The notes: generated by a model not told the origin, from the letters alone. 62,624 nucleotides of DNA, filler included, from Dimorphilus gyrociliatus (GCA_904063045.1; 4 parts of 4 records of this genome joined end to end with filler, not necessarily neighbours in it); one strand, 5' to 3'. Numbered from the whole stretch's first letter, positions 24,950-38,830 are shown. Numbers and translations: made by a program.

Positions 24950-26429
24950 CCTAGGAATACAATAATTAAGAATATGACTTTTTGGAAAAACCATAGTCTC
25001 TACCTCTTGAATTGAAAATAACTAATTCTCCAGAAAATCGTGTTTAAGACATATACTGATTGATTGAAAGTATATTTTTATCACATTTTGGTGAATATTG
25101 AAGATTAAAATCTAATATAAATTAGAACTAAAGTAACTAAATTAAAAAAATTGACAGCAGAAAATGACCACCTCTAATTTTGATAGGCCTAATATTAAGA
25201 ATCTCTTTCATTGTGAGAGAAATGATATAATTGGAAATTTTAGCTTGTCAAAGTGTCATTATAATTCAAAGTTTTTAAATTACAGTTGCTAAGAAAAAAC
25301 ACTTGAAATATGAGTGAGAAAGGCTGCATCAAAGATTTATCCAAAAGAAAAAGGTTTTATGAATGTGTTTTTTTAATGCTCTTTAAAGATATAATATGGA
25401 GATGGGAGAGAGAGGACTTGAGAGGGCTAAAGGTGATGGGAAAAAGAGAGAAAAAGCAAGAAAGATAGATAGAGAAGGAGACAAATAGAGAGAATTTTTT
25501 TGTGAAAACACAAAACAACTCATCATTCTAATTGTTCTTTCAGTTTCTAACATTTTCTTATCACATCTAACCCCTATTTTGTCCCAAAGAAATCTTACAA
25601 TATTATGAAACTAATGTAATAGCTACAATTTTAGAATTATAAAGAGGGGCTATAGAAATTGAAAAGACAAGATGAATTATTCTATAATGTTTTATAGTTG
25701 CTCTATTGTACATTGTTGTCATTGATTAAAAGAAGCATTAAGAATTAAGCTGTTTGTCAGATTTATGAAAAGAAATAATTTAAAAAAAAGAATGTGTTGG
25801 AACATGATTGAAAAAACAAGGATTGGCTGTAAAAAAATTTTTATTGGCAATACAGTTTATAAATAGAAAAAGAATAAGAAAAAAGATACAAATAATTCAT
25901 AAAATCATTGATTAATAAAGCACACGAGCTGTAGTAAAACTTTTTTCTAAACCTAACCCTTACCTATTGATTTTTCCCACTAATCCCCTAACCCAAATGT
26001 TATCTCTTACTAACAGCACTTCTCATTACCTACCTATCCTGTCTTATCAAGTACTTGAAATGTCTGATGTACAAAGCCAACACTTTTAGAAAATTTTACA
26101 ACCTTGAAAAGTGCATTGATTTAATATGAATATCTTATGATGGTATACATATTGAATGTGAAGATAATGACTTTTCATTCATTTTAAGAAAGAAGGGTAA
26201 ATAATTAATTTATATCAAATTAATAACATTTTGTTACTTGGTGATCAGTGTAGCAAAAGGGACAATGATTTTTTATATGTTACAGTTTTCGATGATTAAT
26301 CTTTAAAGAGTGTTGATAATTCTCCATAAGAGAAAAAATTTACATCTTTATACCTACCAGTTTACATTATAAATAAAAAGATATGTTAAAATCTTTCATT
26401 CTCAAAATTTTTTCTTTTCATTCTGAAGG

Positions 26430-27445
26430 TCATTTTATATGATTACTTTTTGTTTCTAAAATGTGTTTTGTTCGTTTTGTTGTTGTTGGTTGTTAGATGT
26501 TTTCGTTATTATGCATTATATGAAAATTTGACACAATTGATATTACATAATACTTACTTGTTATCATCCTATAATAATCATAATCAAGTTCATCATTCAA
26601 AGTTGATTCTAAAGCAATATTATCTGTTTTAAAGTTGCATTCAAGTTCTGATTTTTCAGAAGAGAAGCCTCTTTAAAACAATAAAATAAATATATTACAA
26701 AAGATAAGAAAAAAAATTGTTATATTATTTATTTAAATACTTACTGACAGTTGCTCAAAACACTGCAATACTCTTTACACATATTTAAATCTCCTGAAAA
26801 TTCTTCCATATAATAATTTTTGTATTCCTTACCCTCAATCTTTTCAAATTGTTTTACTATATTCAAAAAAAAAATTTACTACTTTGAAAAAAAAAAGAAC
26901 AAATTTTTTCTTACCCTGTGGAGCATTTGCTAGAATGTTGTTATATAAAAAAAATTAAGTTTTTTTTAAATAATGTAAAACAATATATATAAAAGTATTT
27001 TATTACGGCATGATGTAGTTTTTTGAAAATACTGAATCCCATTCTCAGATATTAGAAACATTTCTTTTGAATATAATTTACATTTTAATTCTATCTGTTT
27101 ATAAGTATATGACCTAAAAAATTAAAATACACATTTAGAATTTTTAAGCAATAAGAATAAAATTATCAATCTTTTACTTGCACATAGGATGAAGATCACA
27201 AAATATTGTACACTCTGGTAGACTGACAGATCCAAATTCCATCATTCTGTCATCATCTGAAGGTTTTTTGTCCACATAGGTATTATAGTTGCAAGCTAGA
27301 AATTAAAAAAAAAAACAGTTTAAACAGATTTCTTTTAATTTCTAAATTTTTTTAAAAATTTTATTGTTTTTTTTTATGTTATACCACATTTTACATGCTT
27401 TGTTAGCATTAAAAGCACTATCAGAAATTGACAAAAGCCAGCCAT
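26430..27445 (-). CDS. Secreted protein with two PAN/Apple-like domains, 7 exons, about 183 aa (left-arm copy)
   Basis: Mirror of 31015-32070. In this copy the putative last exon reads KTKSNHIK* (stop 26430-26432). Confidence 0.75.
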
Positions 27446-28233
27446 GCATGAAAAAATTGTATCTATAATATAAAAAAAAGAGAATGTTCACACTAGCTTT
27501 ATAGATATTTTTTCTTTCATAATTTGAAACAAATATTTATGTATACTGTTCTTACTGACTTATACATATCTATATCTATTTATATATATATATATATATT
27601 ATTAAAGGTTTTAAAGATATTTGAATAAGTTACCTTTTTAATTGCATTTATTGTCAGTTAAAAAGGTAAAATGATAAATTATGCATTAAATCACTATTTG
27701 ATATTTATTTCTAAACAATGTGATCTCAGATTTCTGAAAGAATAAATAAATTCAAATATTAACTGATACTGAGAAAAATCTCTTCTATATTTTATTCAGG
27801 AAAGTTTGAATAAACAAGTACTAGTTTTATGCAATGTATGTGTTTTTTTTATACATTTTAAGTAAAGTGTAATATGAAAATTATTGTCTGTAGATCTTTG
27901 GTATTGATTATATCTGGTAAAGCCATATTTGGGATCACAACTTTCTTAGTACGTATTAAAAAATCAGATATTTGTCCTTCAATTTCATTAAATATGATTT
28001 TTTTTTTCATTTCTAAATATTTTCTAGCTACATGCTCTTACAGTATGAATCTATTCAATAAAATGACAGTGTAATTAGAGTACAACAGAAGCCCTCCAGA
28101 ATAGAAGGTGTAAAACATCTATAGCAGAAATTGCCCAGAAACAAGACATATGTCACCAAGGACTGTCAATGAAATCGCCCTCTATTGGTAATAAACAAAA
28201 TGTACAAAAAATTTTGTGTTCATATATAATTTA

Positions 28234-29162
28234 TGTACACATACATTCGTCAGCTATAATCTACAATAGAGAAGTAGTATTGAACCAGTATTGTACTATG
28301 CAGATAGCACTGATAAAGATAAGCAGTAGTGACCTAGTTTCGCATAGGGCAGTGCATACACATTATGCAGTAATAAAACCTATTAATTTATAAAGAATAT
28401 TTGCTATTTGCAACCTAGCATTAATATTACAATTTATTAATCCATAAATTTATGATTTGAACTAAAACTAGTTCAATTAATTATCAATTATGCTTAAATT
28501 CTAAGTTTAGATTATATTGACTATTCAACAGTATTGTATACACAATACTGTTCTTTTTAACATGCATTAATCAGATATACTTCCTCCTTATATGCTCATG
28601 CTAAATTTACTAACTCAATCAATTGAATATCATTATTAAGGTAGAATATAAAAACGGTCAAATATACAATCTACATGTTTTCTTCATTGTTCGACTTGTC
28701 CTACTAAAATTGTTACATCTTATGCAACTCTCCAACCTGAGAAATTCAACTATTATTTAGAAGAGGAAAACAATAAAAACATGACCATATTTACAACTTT
28801 TCTTTGTCTTCAAATGTTACTTTTGTTTTTGTGAACATTGAAATTTTGAACTATCAACCCTTAAAAGAGTATATAAACCCTACGAAATTAACAGTTGACA
28901 GTTCACTTTTCTAACTGTCAGCTAGTTGTTTAAACTAGCTTGTTTAGAACTAAAAGCTCATTTTACTCAATACATATTCTTTGGACAAATACTGGTGTTT
29001 TGTTGATTAATTTCTACCGAAATTGCCTTTGTTAGACTATTTGTGGACGAACTTTAAAGGTTCTATTTGGACCAGTACTTTGGCAAGTTGGTAAATGATT
29101 GGAAAGGACAATTACAGTTGTGACGAACCAGAAATTCCTACAATTACAATACAAAAAGTACA
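28234..29162. mobile_element. Solo-LTR-like repeat, family A (variant 5' half)
   Basis: TGTACAC...AAGTACA, 929 bp, the same length as 53552-54480. The 3' half is strongly similar to other copies. Flanks give no TSD. Confidence 0.6.
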
Positions 29163-29292
29163 CTTGCAAATCCCTTGGGTAAACATTATATTCCTGCCAT
29201 GCCTGTGGTGTAGGTAGATATGCATAATTAGCTCCAAATCGCACACACACTTTCCTTTATCTGTAATGTTCATACCCATTTTGTATTGCAAG

Positions 29293-30227
29293 TGTACTTT
29301 CTTGTATTGTAATTGTAGGAATTTCTGGTTCGTCACAACTGTAATTGTCCTTTCCAATCATTTACCAACTTGCCAAAGTACTGGTCCAAATAGAACCTTT
29401 AAAGTTCGTCCACAAATAGTCTAACAAAGGCAATTTCGGTAGAAATTAATCAACAAAACACCAGTATTTTGTCCAAAGAATATGTATTGAGTAAAATGAG
29501 CTTTTAGTTCTAAACAAGCTAGTTTAAACAACTAGCTGACAGTTAGAAAAGTGAACTGTCAACTGTTAATTTCGTAGGGTTTATATACTCTTTTAAGGGT
29601 TGATAGTTCATAAATTTCAATGTTCACAAAAACAAAAGTAACATTTGAAGACAAAGAAAAGTTGTAAATATGGTCATGTTTTTATTGTTTTCCTCTTCTA
29701 AATAATAGTTGAATTTCTCAGGTTGGAGAGTTGCATAAGATGTAACAATTTTAGTAGGACAAGTCGAACAATGAAGAAAACATGTAGATTGTATATTTGA
29801 CCGTTTTTATATTCTACCTTAATAATGATATTCAATTGATTGAGTTAGTAAATTTAGCATGAGCATATAAGGAGGAAGTATATCTGATTAATGCATGTTA
29901 AAAAGAACAGTATTGTGTATACAATACTGTTGAATAGTCAATATAATCTAAACTTAGAATTTAAGCATAATTGATAATTAATTGAACTAGTTTTAGTTCA
30001 AAATCATAAATTTATGGATTAATAAATTGTAATATTAATGCTAGGTTGCAAATAGCAAATATTCTTTATATAATTTAATAGGTTTTATTACTGCATAATG
30101 TGTATGCACTGCCCTATGCGAAACTAGGTCACTACTGCTTATCTTTATCAGTGCTATCTGCATAGTACAATACTGGTTCAATACTACTTCTCTATTGTAG
30201 ATTATAGCTGACGAATGTATGTGTACA
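29293..30227. mobile_element. Mirror copy of the family A repeat at 28234-29162
   Basis: Reverse complement within the palindrome. Confidence 0.6.
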
Positions 30228-31014
30228 TAAATTATATATGAACACAAAATTTTTTGTACATTTTGTTTATTACCAATAGAGGGCGATTTCATTGACAGTC
30301 CTTGGTGGACATATGTCTTGTTTCTGGGCAATTTCTGCTATAGATGTTTTACACCTTCTATTCTGGAGGGCTTCTGTTGTACTCTATTACACTGTCATTT
30401 TATTGAATAGATTCATACTGTAAGAGCATGTAGCTAGAAAATATTTAGAAATGAAAAAAAAAATCATATTTAATGAAATTGAAGGACAAATATCTGATTT
30501 TTTAATACGTACTAAGAAAGTTGTGATCCCAAATATGGCTTTACCAGATATAATCAATACCAAAGATCTACAGACATAATTTTCATATTACACTTTACTT
30601 AAAATGTATAAAAAAAAACACATACATTGCATAAAACTAGTACTTGTTTATTCAAACTTTCCTGAATAAAATATAGAAGAGATTTTTCTCAGTATCAGTT
30701 AATATTTGAATTTATTTATTCTTCAGAAATCTGAGATCACATTGTTTAGAAATAAATATCAAATAGTGATTTAATGCATAATTTATCATTTTACCTTTTT
30801 AACTGACAATAAATGCAATTAAAAAGGTAACTTATTCAAATATCTTTAAAACCTTTAATAATATATATATATATATATAAATAGATATAGATATGTATAA
30901 GTCAGTAAGAACAGTATACATAAATATTTGTTTCAAATTATGAAAGAAAAAATATCTATAAAGCTAGTGTGAACATTCTCTTTTTTTTATATTATAGATA
31001 CAATTTTTTCATGC

Positions 31015-32070
31015 ATGGCTGGCTTTTGTCAATTTCTGATAGTGCTTTTAATGCTAACAAAGCATGTAAAATGTGGTATAACATAAAAAAAAACAATAAA
31101 ATTTTTAAAAAAATTTAGAAATTAAAAGAAATCTGTTTAAACTGTTTTTTTTTTTTAATTTCTAGCTTGCAACTATAATACCTATGTGGACAAAAAACCT
31201 TCAGATGATGACAGAATGATGGAATTTGGATCTGTCAGTCTACCAGAGTGTACAATATTTTGTGATCTTCATCCTATGTGCAAGTAAAAGATTGATAATT
31301 TTATTCTTATTGCTTAAAAATTCTAAATGTGTATTTTAATTTTTTAGGTCATATACTTATAAACAGATAGAATTAAAATGTAAATTATATTCAAAAGAAA
31401 TGTTTCTAATATCTGAGAATGGGATTCAGTATTTTCAAAAAACTACATCATGCCGTAATAAAATACTTTTATATATATTGTTTTACATTATTTAAAAAAA
31501 ACTTAATTTTTTTTATATAACAACATTCTAGCAAATGCTCCACAGGGTAAGAAAAAATTTGGTTCTTTTTTTTTCAAAGTAGTAAATTTTTTTTTTGAAT
31601 ATAGTAAAACAATTTGAAAAGATTGAGGGTAAGGAATACAAAAATTATTATATGGAAGAATTTTCAGGAGATTTAAATATGTGTAAAGAGTATTGCAGTG
31701 TTTTGAGCAACTGTCAGTAAGTATTTAAATAAATAATATAACAATTTTTTTTCTTATCTTTTGTAATATATTTATTTTATTGTTTTAAAGAGGCTTCTCT
31801 TCTGAAAAATCAGAACTTGAATGCAACTTTAAAACAGATAATATTGCTTTAGAATCAACTTTGAATGATGAACTTGATTATGATTATTATAGGATGATAA
31901 CAAGTAAGTATTATGTAATATCAATTGTGTCAAATTTTCATATAATGCATAATAACGAAAACATCTAACAACCAACAACACAAACGAACAAACACATTTT
32001 AGAAACAAAAGTAATCATTAAAAATGACCTTCAGAATGAAAGAAAAAATTTTGAGAATGAAAGATTTTAA
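31015..32070 (+). CDS. Secreted two-PAN/Apple-domain protein (right-arm copy)
   Basis: Exons 31015-31075, 31166-31283, 31348-31454, 31532-31546, 31605-31716, 31791-31903 and about 32003 onward are all GT-AG with compatible phases. Product: MAGFCQFLIVLLMLTKHVKCACNYN...SLPECTIFCDLHPMCKSYTY...CKLYS...DLNMCKEYCSVLSNCQGFSS...ECNFK...YDYY. The last exon differs from the left copy by indels. Confidence 0.75.
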
Positions 32071-33498
32071 CATATCTTTTTATTTATAATGTAAACTGGT
32101 AGGTATAAAGATGTAAATTTTTTCTCTTATGGAGAATTATCAACACTCTTTAAAGATTAATCATCGAAAACTGTAACATATAAAAAATCATTGTCCCTTT
32201 TGCTACACTGATCACAAGTAACAAAAGTTATTAATTTGATATAAATTAATTATTTACCCTTCTTTCTTAAAATGAATGAAAAGTCATTATCTTCACATTC
32301 AATATGTATACCATCATAAGATATTCTATTAAATCAATGCACTTTTCAAGGTTGTAAAATTTTCTAAAAGTGTTGGCTTTGTACATCAGACATTTCAAGT
32401 ACTTGATAAGACAGGATAGGTAGGTAATGAGAAGTGCTGTTAGTAAGAGATAAATTTGGGTTAGGGGATTAGTGGGAAAAATCAATAGGTAAGGGTTAGG
32501 TTTAGAAAAAAGTTTTACTACAGCTCGTGTGCTTTATTAATCAATGATTTTATGAATTATTTGTATCTTTTTTCTTATTCTTTTTCTATTTATAAACTGT
32601 ATTGCAATAAAAATTTTTTTACAGCCAATCCTTGTTTTTTCAATCATGTTCCAACACATTCTTTTTTTTAAATTATTTCTTTTCATAAATCTGACAAACG
32701 CTTAATTCTTAATGCTTTTTTAATCAATGACAACAATGTACAATAGAGCAACTATAAAACATTATAGAATAATTCATCTTGTCTTTTCAATTTCTATAGC
32801 CCCTCTTTATAATTCTAAAATTGTAGCTATTACATTAGTTTCATAATATTGTAAGATTTCTTTGGGACAAAATAGGGGTTAGATGTGATAAGAAAATGTT
32901 AGAAACTGAAAGAACAATTAGAATGATGAGTTGTTTTGTGTTTTCACAAAAAAATTCTCTCTATTTGTCTCCTTCTCTATCTATCTTTCTTGCTTTTTCT
33001 CTCTTTTTCCCATCACCTTTAGCCCTCTCAAGTCCTCTCTCTCCATCTCCATATTATATCTTTAAAGAGCATTAAAAAAACACATTCATAAAACCTTTTT
33101 CTTTTGGATAAATCTTTGATGCAGCTTTCTCACTCATATTTCAAGTGTTTTTTCTTAGCAACTGTAATTTAAAACACTTTGAATTATAATGACACTTTGA
33201 CAAGCTAAAATTTCCAATTATATCATTTCTCTCACAATGAAAGAGATTCTTAATATTAGGCCTATCAAAATTAGAGGTGGTCATTTTCTGCTGTCAATTT
33301 TTTTAATTTAGTTACTTTAGTTCTAATTTATATTAGATTTTAATCTTCAATATTCACACAAATGTGATAAAATATACTTTCAATCAATCAGTATATGTCT
33401 TAAACACGATTTTCTGGAGAATTAGTTATTTTCAATTCAAGAGGTAGAGACTATGGTTTTTTCCAAAAAGTCATATTCTTAATTATTGTATTCCTAGG

Positions 33499-34446
33499 TT
33501 ACTTTGTTGTATTGTAATTGTAGGAATCTCGAGCTTATCAAATTCAAATTCATCCTCACCAATCATTTACCATGTACCAAAGTACTGGTCCAAATAGAAC
33601 CTTTCAAGTTCGTCCACAAGTTGTCTCACAAATGAAACTTTACAAGAAATTTACCAACAAACACCAGTATTTCATTCAAGAGTATTTATTGAGTAAATGA
33701 TTTCTAGTTCTAAACAAGCAAGTTTTAACACAAGTTAGCTGTTAGAAAACTGAACTGCCTACTGATAAATTCATAGGCTTTATATACTTTTCCAAAAGTT
33801 CAAAGTTCACAGATAAAAATATCTACACAAAACAAATGTATCATTATGGATAAAAGGAAAGTTCAAATATGGTTCCATATTTGTTGATTTTGCTTTGTTA
33901 AGGAAAACTGTTGTCAGTAGGTCAGAAAATTGCATAAGATGTAACAATTTTTGGTAAATGTTGGATTGGTTCCAACACACAAAAATAGACAGAGGTCATC
34001 ATAATGCTGTTTTTAAATACACAAATTATTAATAATAATTGTTTTGTCAAAGTAAAATATTTGAGTATAAGTCAGTGGCAGAGTAAGGTTAATTTCACTT
34101 GACCATCCAATAGTATTGTGCTTACAATACTTGTTGAAGTGACAATGAACTACACACTTCAAATATATATGAAATAGTGCAAGATACAATTAATGATCAT
34201 TAAATTGATGTGCAAATTAATAAAAACTAGAATTTAAGTTTAGTTGTATGTATATTCTACAACTACCTTTAAATAGTATAAAATAGGGTGTGTTGTACAC
34301 TAGGCAGGCAGAGTATTGTTAAATACTATTTTGATATTTCTTTTCCATAGGTGAATGGAATGTAACAATTTGGAGATGCTCTAGACTGTGCATACTTGTA
34401 GGTAAGTATATGTGTATGGTTTACAATAACTGCCTGAATGTGTACA
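33499..34446. mobile_element. Mirror copy of the family A repeat at 23988-24949
   Basis: Reverse complement within the palindrome, with scattered 1-bp deletions. Confidence 0.65.
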
Positions 34447-34466
34447 CTTGTTTCAATAAGGGTACA

Positions 34467-37230
34467 GGAGAAAAGTCCACTGGAGAAACGTCCACTGTTT
34501 GGAGAAAACGTCACTGTGAGAAAACGTCACTGGAGAAACTCCATTATAAACTTCAAAGTAAGATATAAGATATTTGATAGATGGAGTTTTTAGAGCAATT
34601 TGACAGGAAAAAATGAATAATAAGAATTACAAATATTTAAATATTAATATATTGATTAAGTAAAAAGAAGCAATATAACAAGAATGATTGACAACAGTGT
34701 AACAACATTAAAGAATAAAGGTATTTTAAACTGGTGAATAAATGTCAGAAGCTTTATCAAGTAAGTCCAGGGAGGTAATTGAGGCAATTTCAAATTGTTC
34801 CCATAAGCTGAATATTTTGCTCTGAATATTCTGATATGCTTTTCTTTGCTGTCTACAAATTTTCTTTTCACTCAGTAATTTTTTATATAGCTTTATCAGA
34901 TCAGCTTCTCTTTTCAGTTCATCTAAAAGCAAATAGAATGCAGTGTTAGAGCAAAGATTCTTGTTAAGCCTGTGATGCCATCCTTCAAGATCATTATTTG
35001 TCCTTATAGCCTCACCATAAACAGACCATACCTCTGGTTTATAAAATCCATTTATCCATTGTGTCTCAATGTACTCCAATAGAGACTTCATTTCAATAGG
35101 ACTTATTTCTTTAATAGTCTTAAATGTTGGTTCTATCAGATCAGAGGGCAGGAATGGTAATGCCATTAATTTCTTCATGATTCTATATTCAGCTTTTTTC
35201 TCCTTGTACATCTTACATAATCCTAATTCCTGGAAATAAATATGTCAGTTCTATCTAGACCTCAAATACTAAATTAAAGTATTACTTGAATCTTTCTGTA
35301 TATTGCTGTGTCCAGTGAAAACACACCCTTTAATGTTTGCTTCAGGATAAGTGAATGATAGTGCTTTCCAAATAGCTTTTTCAAAGTCTACAACAACTTT
35401 TTTGGGGCTATGCCATTTGTTAAATCTTGTATTGCCTGTTAATTTAACAAATTAGATTATTCAATTTAAAATGCAAATTATTGTACCTTAAATAATTTCT
35501 TGTAGGCTGTCTTTCTCTTAGATCCATAAAAGCAAAAGCCATTGGAATTTGTTTTATTTCTCCATTTTTTTTTATAAATCCATGAATAGAAAAAAGTTGA
35601 TAAAAAGGGTCTTTCACACATTTAAATGTGCCATCCATAAACCATATTTTGCCTTTAGATAATAATTCAATTTGCTTTGTAGTTGAAAATATTAGTATTC
35701 TATCATTCTCCATTTGTATATCCATTTGTAAAAAATCATCAGGAATAAAAGTTTTAGCCAAGTTGAAGTGAATACTTTGAGGTTCAGCTGGTCTAAACTT
35801 CTTTCTTGTCCAGTTTGCCAGTCTTGTACAATTATCTAGAGATGGAATAACTTCACCAGAACTACAATGTTTCACCAGAAATCTTCAGCTAAATGTTTTC
35901 CTGAACTACTGATATCTTTATTACAAGCATTTTTTAGTTCATTCCTAATCATTATTTTTTGTTCCAAATCAGGTACTCTTTCATGAGAATGGGATAACTT
36001 TCCAGGATAAAAACTGTTCCCATGCTGACTAACTGTTGCTGACATTTGTTTCTTTTGTTCCTAACACTGCATATCCNNNNNNNNNNGAACATTTGTTTCT
36101 TTTGTTCCTACACTGCATATCCAGAATGTTGTCTTGTTTCTTTTTTCTTTAATATTGTAGCAGAAATTGTTGAAAAGTAGCAAATCTTTTCCTTTCTGGC
36201 TCATTCCCTTTAGATTTTAAATGAATAACTTTCTTTCTCACAATCTGATTTTGGAGAAACTATAAATGAAACTTCCATCATATTATTTTGCTGAGCTGGA
36301 AGATCTTCAACTAAAACATTGGTGTGATTCCATAATACTGCCATTTGTATCATTTCCACTTGAATTTCCACAATGATTTTCACAAACAATAGTTTGCTCA
36401 TTTCTATTATTTGCTGTATCAAAATTTGGTGTTTGTCTTATTTCTTCATTAGCAGATGCACTAGAAGGTAGCCTTTGAAGTGCAAACAATGCATTTCTTC
36501 ATTGATATGTCACAGCAAATGTTACAATAAAATGATTGATCTGTGAAAAAATATAAAAACATATTTGTAAGGAAGGATAGTGACAAAAAACTTAAACAAA
36601 CCTTTATAATCCAAACATTTTTTATGTATTTTAAATAAATGACAGCAAAGCTGACATTTCTCTTGATTTTGTCTTCCATATATTCTCTCTTCACAAATGT
36701 AACAAATTGGTGCCATGTTCAATTTGGAATCTCTATCAATAACCAACTGTATAAATTTAAAAATTAAACAATTAACAATAATGATAAACAAAATGGCTGC
36801 TATAAAAATAAAGCTAATTTATAAATAAATCATTTCAACACAATATTCTATAACTTACTGATATCAATTCTAAAGTTTGTGTTTTGTCTGATGGTTTTCA
36901 ATAGTGAAATATATTTCAAACTGCAAAAAATTCTGAAAAATTGTAGATTAAATATGCACAATATTCACTTTCCATGAAAAACATAGAAGATCCCAGAACT
37001 GTTTCCTGTCTGGATTTCAAAATGGCTACCAAAAGTGATTGCATTATGGGAATGTATTGGATATATCTCAAAATCAATAATAAAAATTTAAATTTGAAAA
37101 AGTATTTTTTAATATATTCTTCACATAGTGGACATTTTCTCCAGTGGACGTTTTCTCCAACCAGTGGACGTTTTCTCCAATCAGTGGACGTTTTCTCCAG
37201 TGGACGTTTTCTCCAGTGGACATTTTCTCC
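34467..37230 (-). mobile_element. Second copy of the Phantom-type MULE; transposase 34726-36716 frameshifted
   Basis: Reverse complement of 21234-23966 with several 1-bp indels. A 10-N gap at 36077-36086 is flanked by a duplicated overlap of about 35 bp. Confidence 0.9.
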
Positions 37231-37251
37231 ATAAATCAGAAGCATTTTTTC

Positions 37252-37630
37252 TGTGCACTTAGATATAATGATATATCAATACTTAGACTTTAGATATAAA
37301 GGTACATTAGAAAGACTTCTATTTTATAAGAATTAGACTGGTGCAACTATAGAAATACTTATATTTCATAGGAATTATAGTGGTGGAACTTTAGAAAGAC
37401 TTTTATTTCATAGCTTTAGCTTTTAGTACTTTAGAAAGAACTCTATTTCATAAGAAATAGACTCTTGACTGTAACTGATGGTGGCTACTTGGGAATTAAC
37501 AAAGGAACAAAGAACATGGAAAAGATGCAGGTCAAACACCAGATGCTGATGAGGCAGGCCTGTTTACTGCGACACATGTTTGACATGTGGCCCTAATCTT
37601 AGGATTATATTTTATATGTGTGATATAACA
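37252..37630. repeat. About 380-bp interspersed repeat with TG...CA ends (family B)
   Basis: Inverse homolog at 51219-51598. Internal TTAGAAAGAC..TATTTCATA repeats. No convincing TSD. Confidence 0.7.
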
Positions 37631-37639
37631 GTTTTTCAT

Positions 37640-37840
37640 ATTATGTAAAAAATACTTTTACAACTTAGTTTAAATAGTGTATGTTGTAGTTTTAGGCGTG
37701 TAGAGTACTCTATAATACTCTTTCAATATTGCTTTCCATTGATGAATGAAATGAAACAATTTGGGTGTATTGTGTGAATTTGTGAGTCTGGTTATAAGCT
37801 TATGTGTTTAGTACCTACGAACTGCCTAAATGTGTACAAT
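37640..37840. repeat. Fragment of family A (5' part)
   Basis: Near-identical inverse of 53552-53735. Confidence 0.8.
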
Positions 37841-38297
37841 AGACTCAACTCAATATTTTTTAATGTGAATGTTTAACATTAAATTATCAAAAGCAATTGT
37901 GCTTAATGTATTCACATTATTGGTTTGGTTATAGATATATTTTATATTGCATATTTTAATTGGTTCCATTCATTATCAATTATCTTATAGTTCAAAAGTA
38001 ATGGCAGTGTTATTACTTTTTACATATAAGCCTACATATACTAACCCTGTACCAAATGTCAAGGGAATCGGAGCACTTTGAAATTTTTGATAGTTTTAAT
38101 GGCCAACTCACAAATGACAGACAGTAATATTCGAACTGTGGCTGCATCAAGCCTATCAACAATCAGTCTGGTAGCAATTGCACTGAAGCCTTAGCCAAAT
38201 CCTGTTTACAAGTGTGAATGTAATTGTGAGATTACCAGTCTCTACTAACTGTGCTAATCCCTAACCCCAAGAACTAACCCTAACCCTTAACCCTAAT

Positions 38298-38830
38298 CAA
38301 CTGTAATTGTCCTTTCCAATCATTTATCAATTTGCCGAAGAACTCAAACAAATAGAAACTTTAAAAATTATAAACAAACAGTCTAACAAATGTAATTTTG
38401 TTAGAAATGAATCAACAAAACAAAGAATAGTTATTGAGTAAAGTGAGTTTCTAGTTCTGAAAAAACTAGTTTAAACAACTAGTGACATTAGAAAACTGAA
38501 CTATTTAAAACCAAGAGTGACATTTAAAGACAAAGAAAAGTTGTAAATATGGTCATGTTTTTATTGTTTTCCTCTTCTAAATAATAGTTGAATTTCAAAG
38601 GTTGGAGAGTTGCATAAGATGTAACAATTTTAGTAGGACAAGTCCAACAATCAAGAAAACATGTGGAATGTATATTTGACTGTTTTTCTATTCTACTTTA
38701 ATTATGATATTCAGTTGATTGTATTAGTAAATTAAGCATCAGTATATGCAGAGGAAGTATATCTGATTAATGCATGTTAAGTAGAACAGTATTGTGTATG
38801 CAATACTGTTGGATAGTGATTATAATCTAA
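38298..38830. repeat. Diverged partial family A copy
   Basis: Collinear with about 29335-29950, and starts immediately after a CCCTAA cluster. Confidence 0.75.

Larger units (their letters stand above)
21230..37234. repeat. 16-kb inverted duplication: arms 21230-29169 and 29286-37234, 116-bp spacer
   Basis: The arms are reverse complements along their whole length, and the same ORFs appear on opposite strands. Differences are mostly single-base indels plus a few substitutions. Confidence 0.97.

Noticed and set aside
36040-36125. About 35-bp direct repeat around the 10-N gap
   Set aside because: Overlapping contig ends left unmerged. Absent from the left-arm copy.
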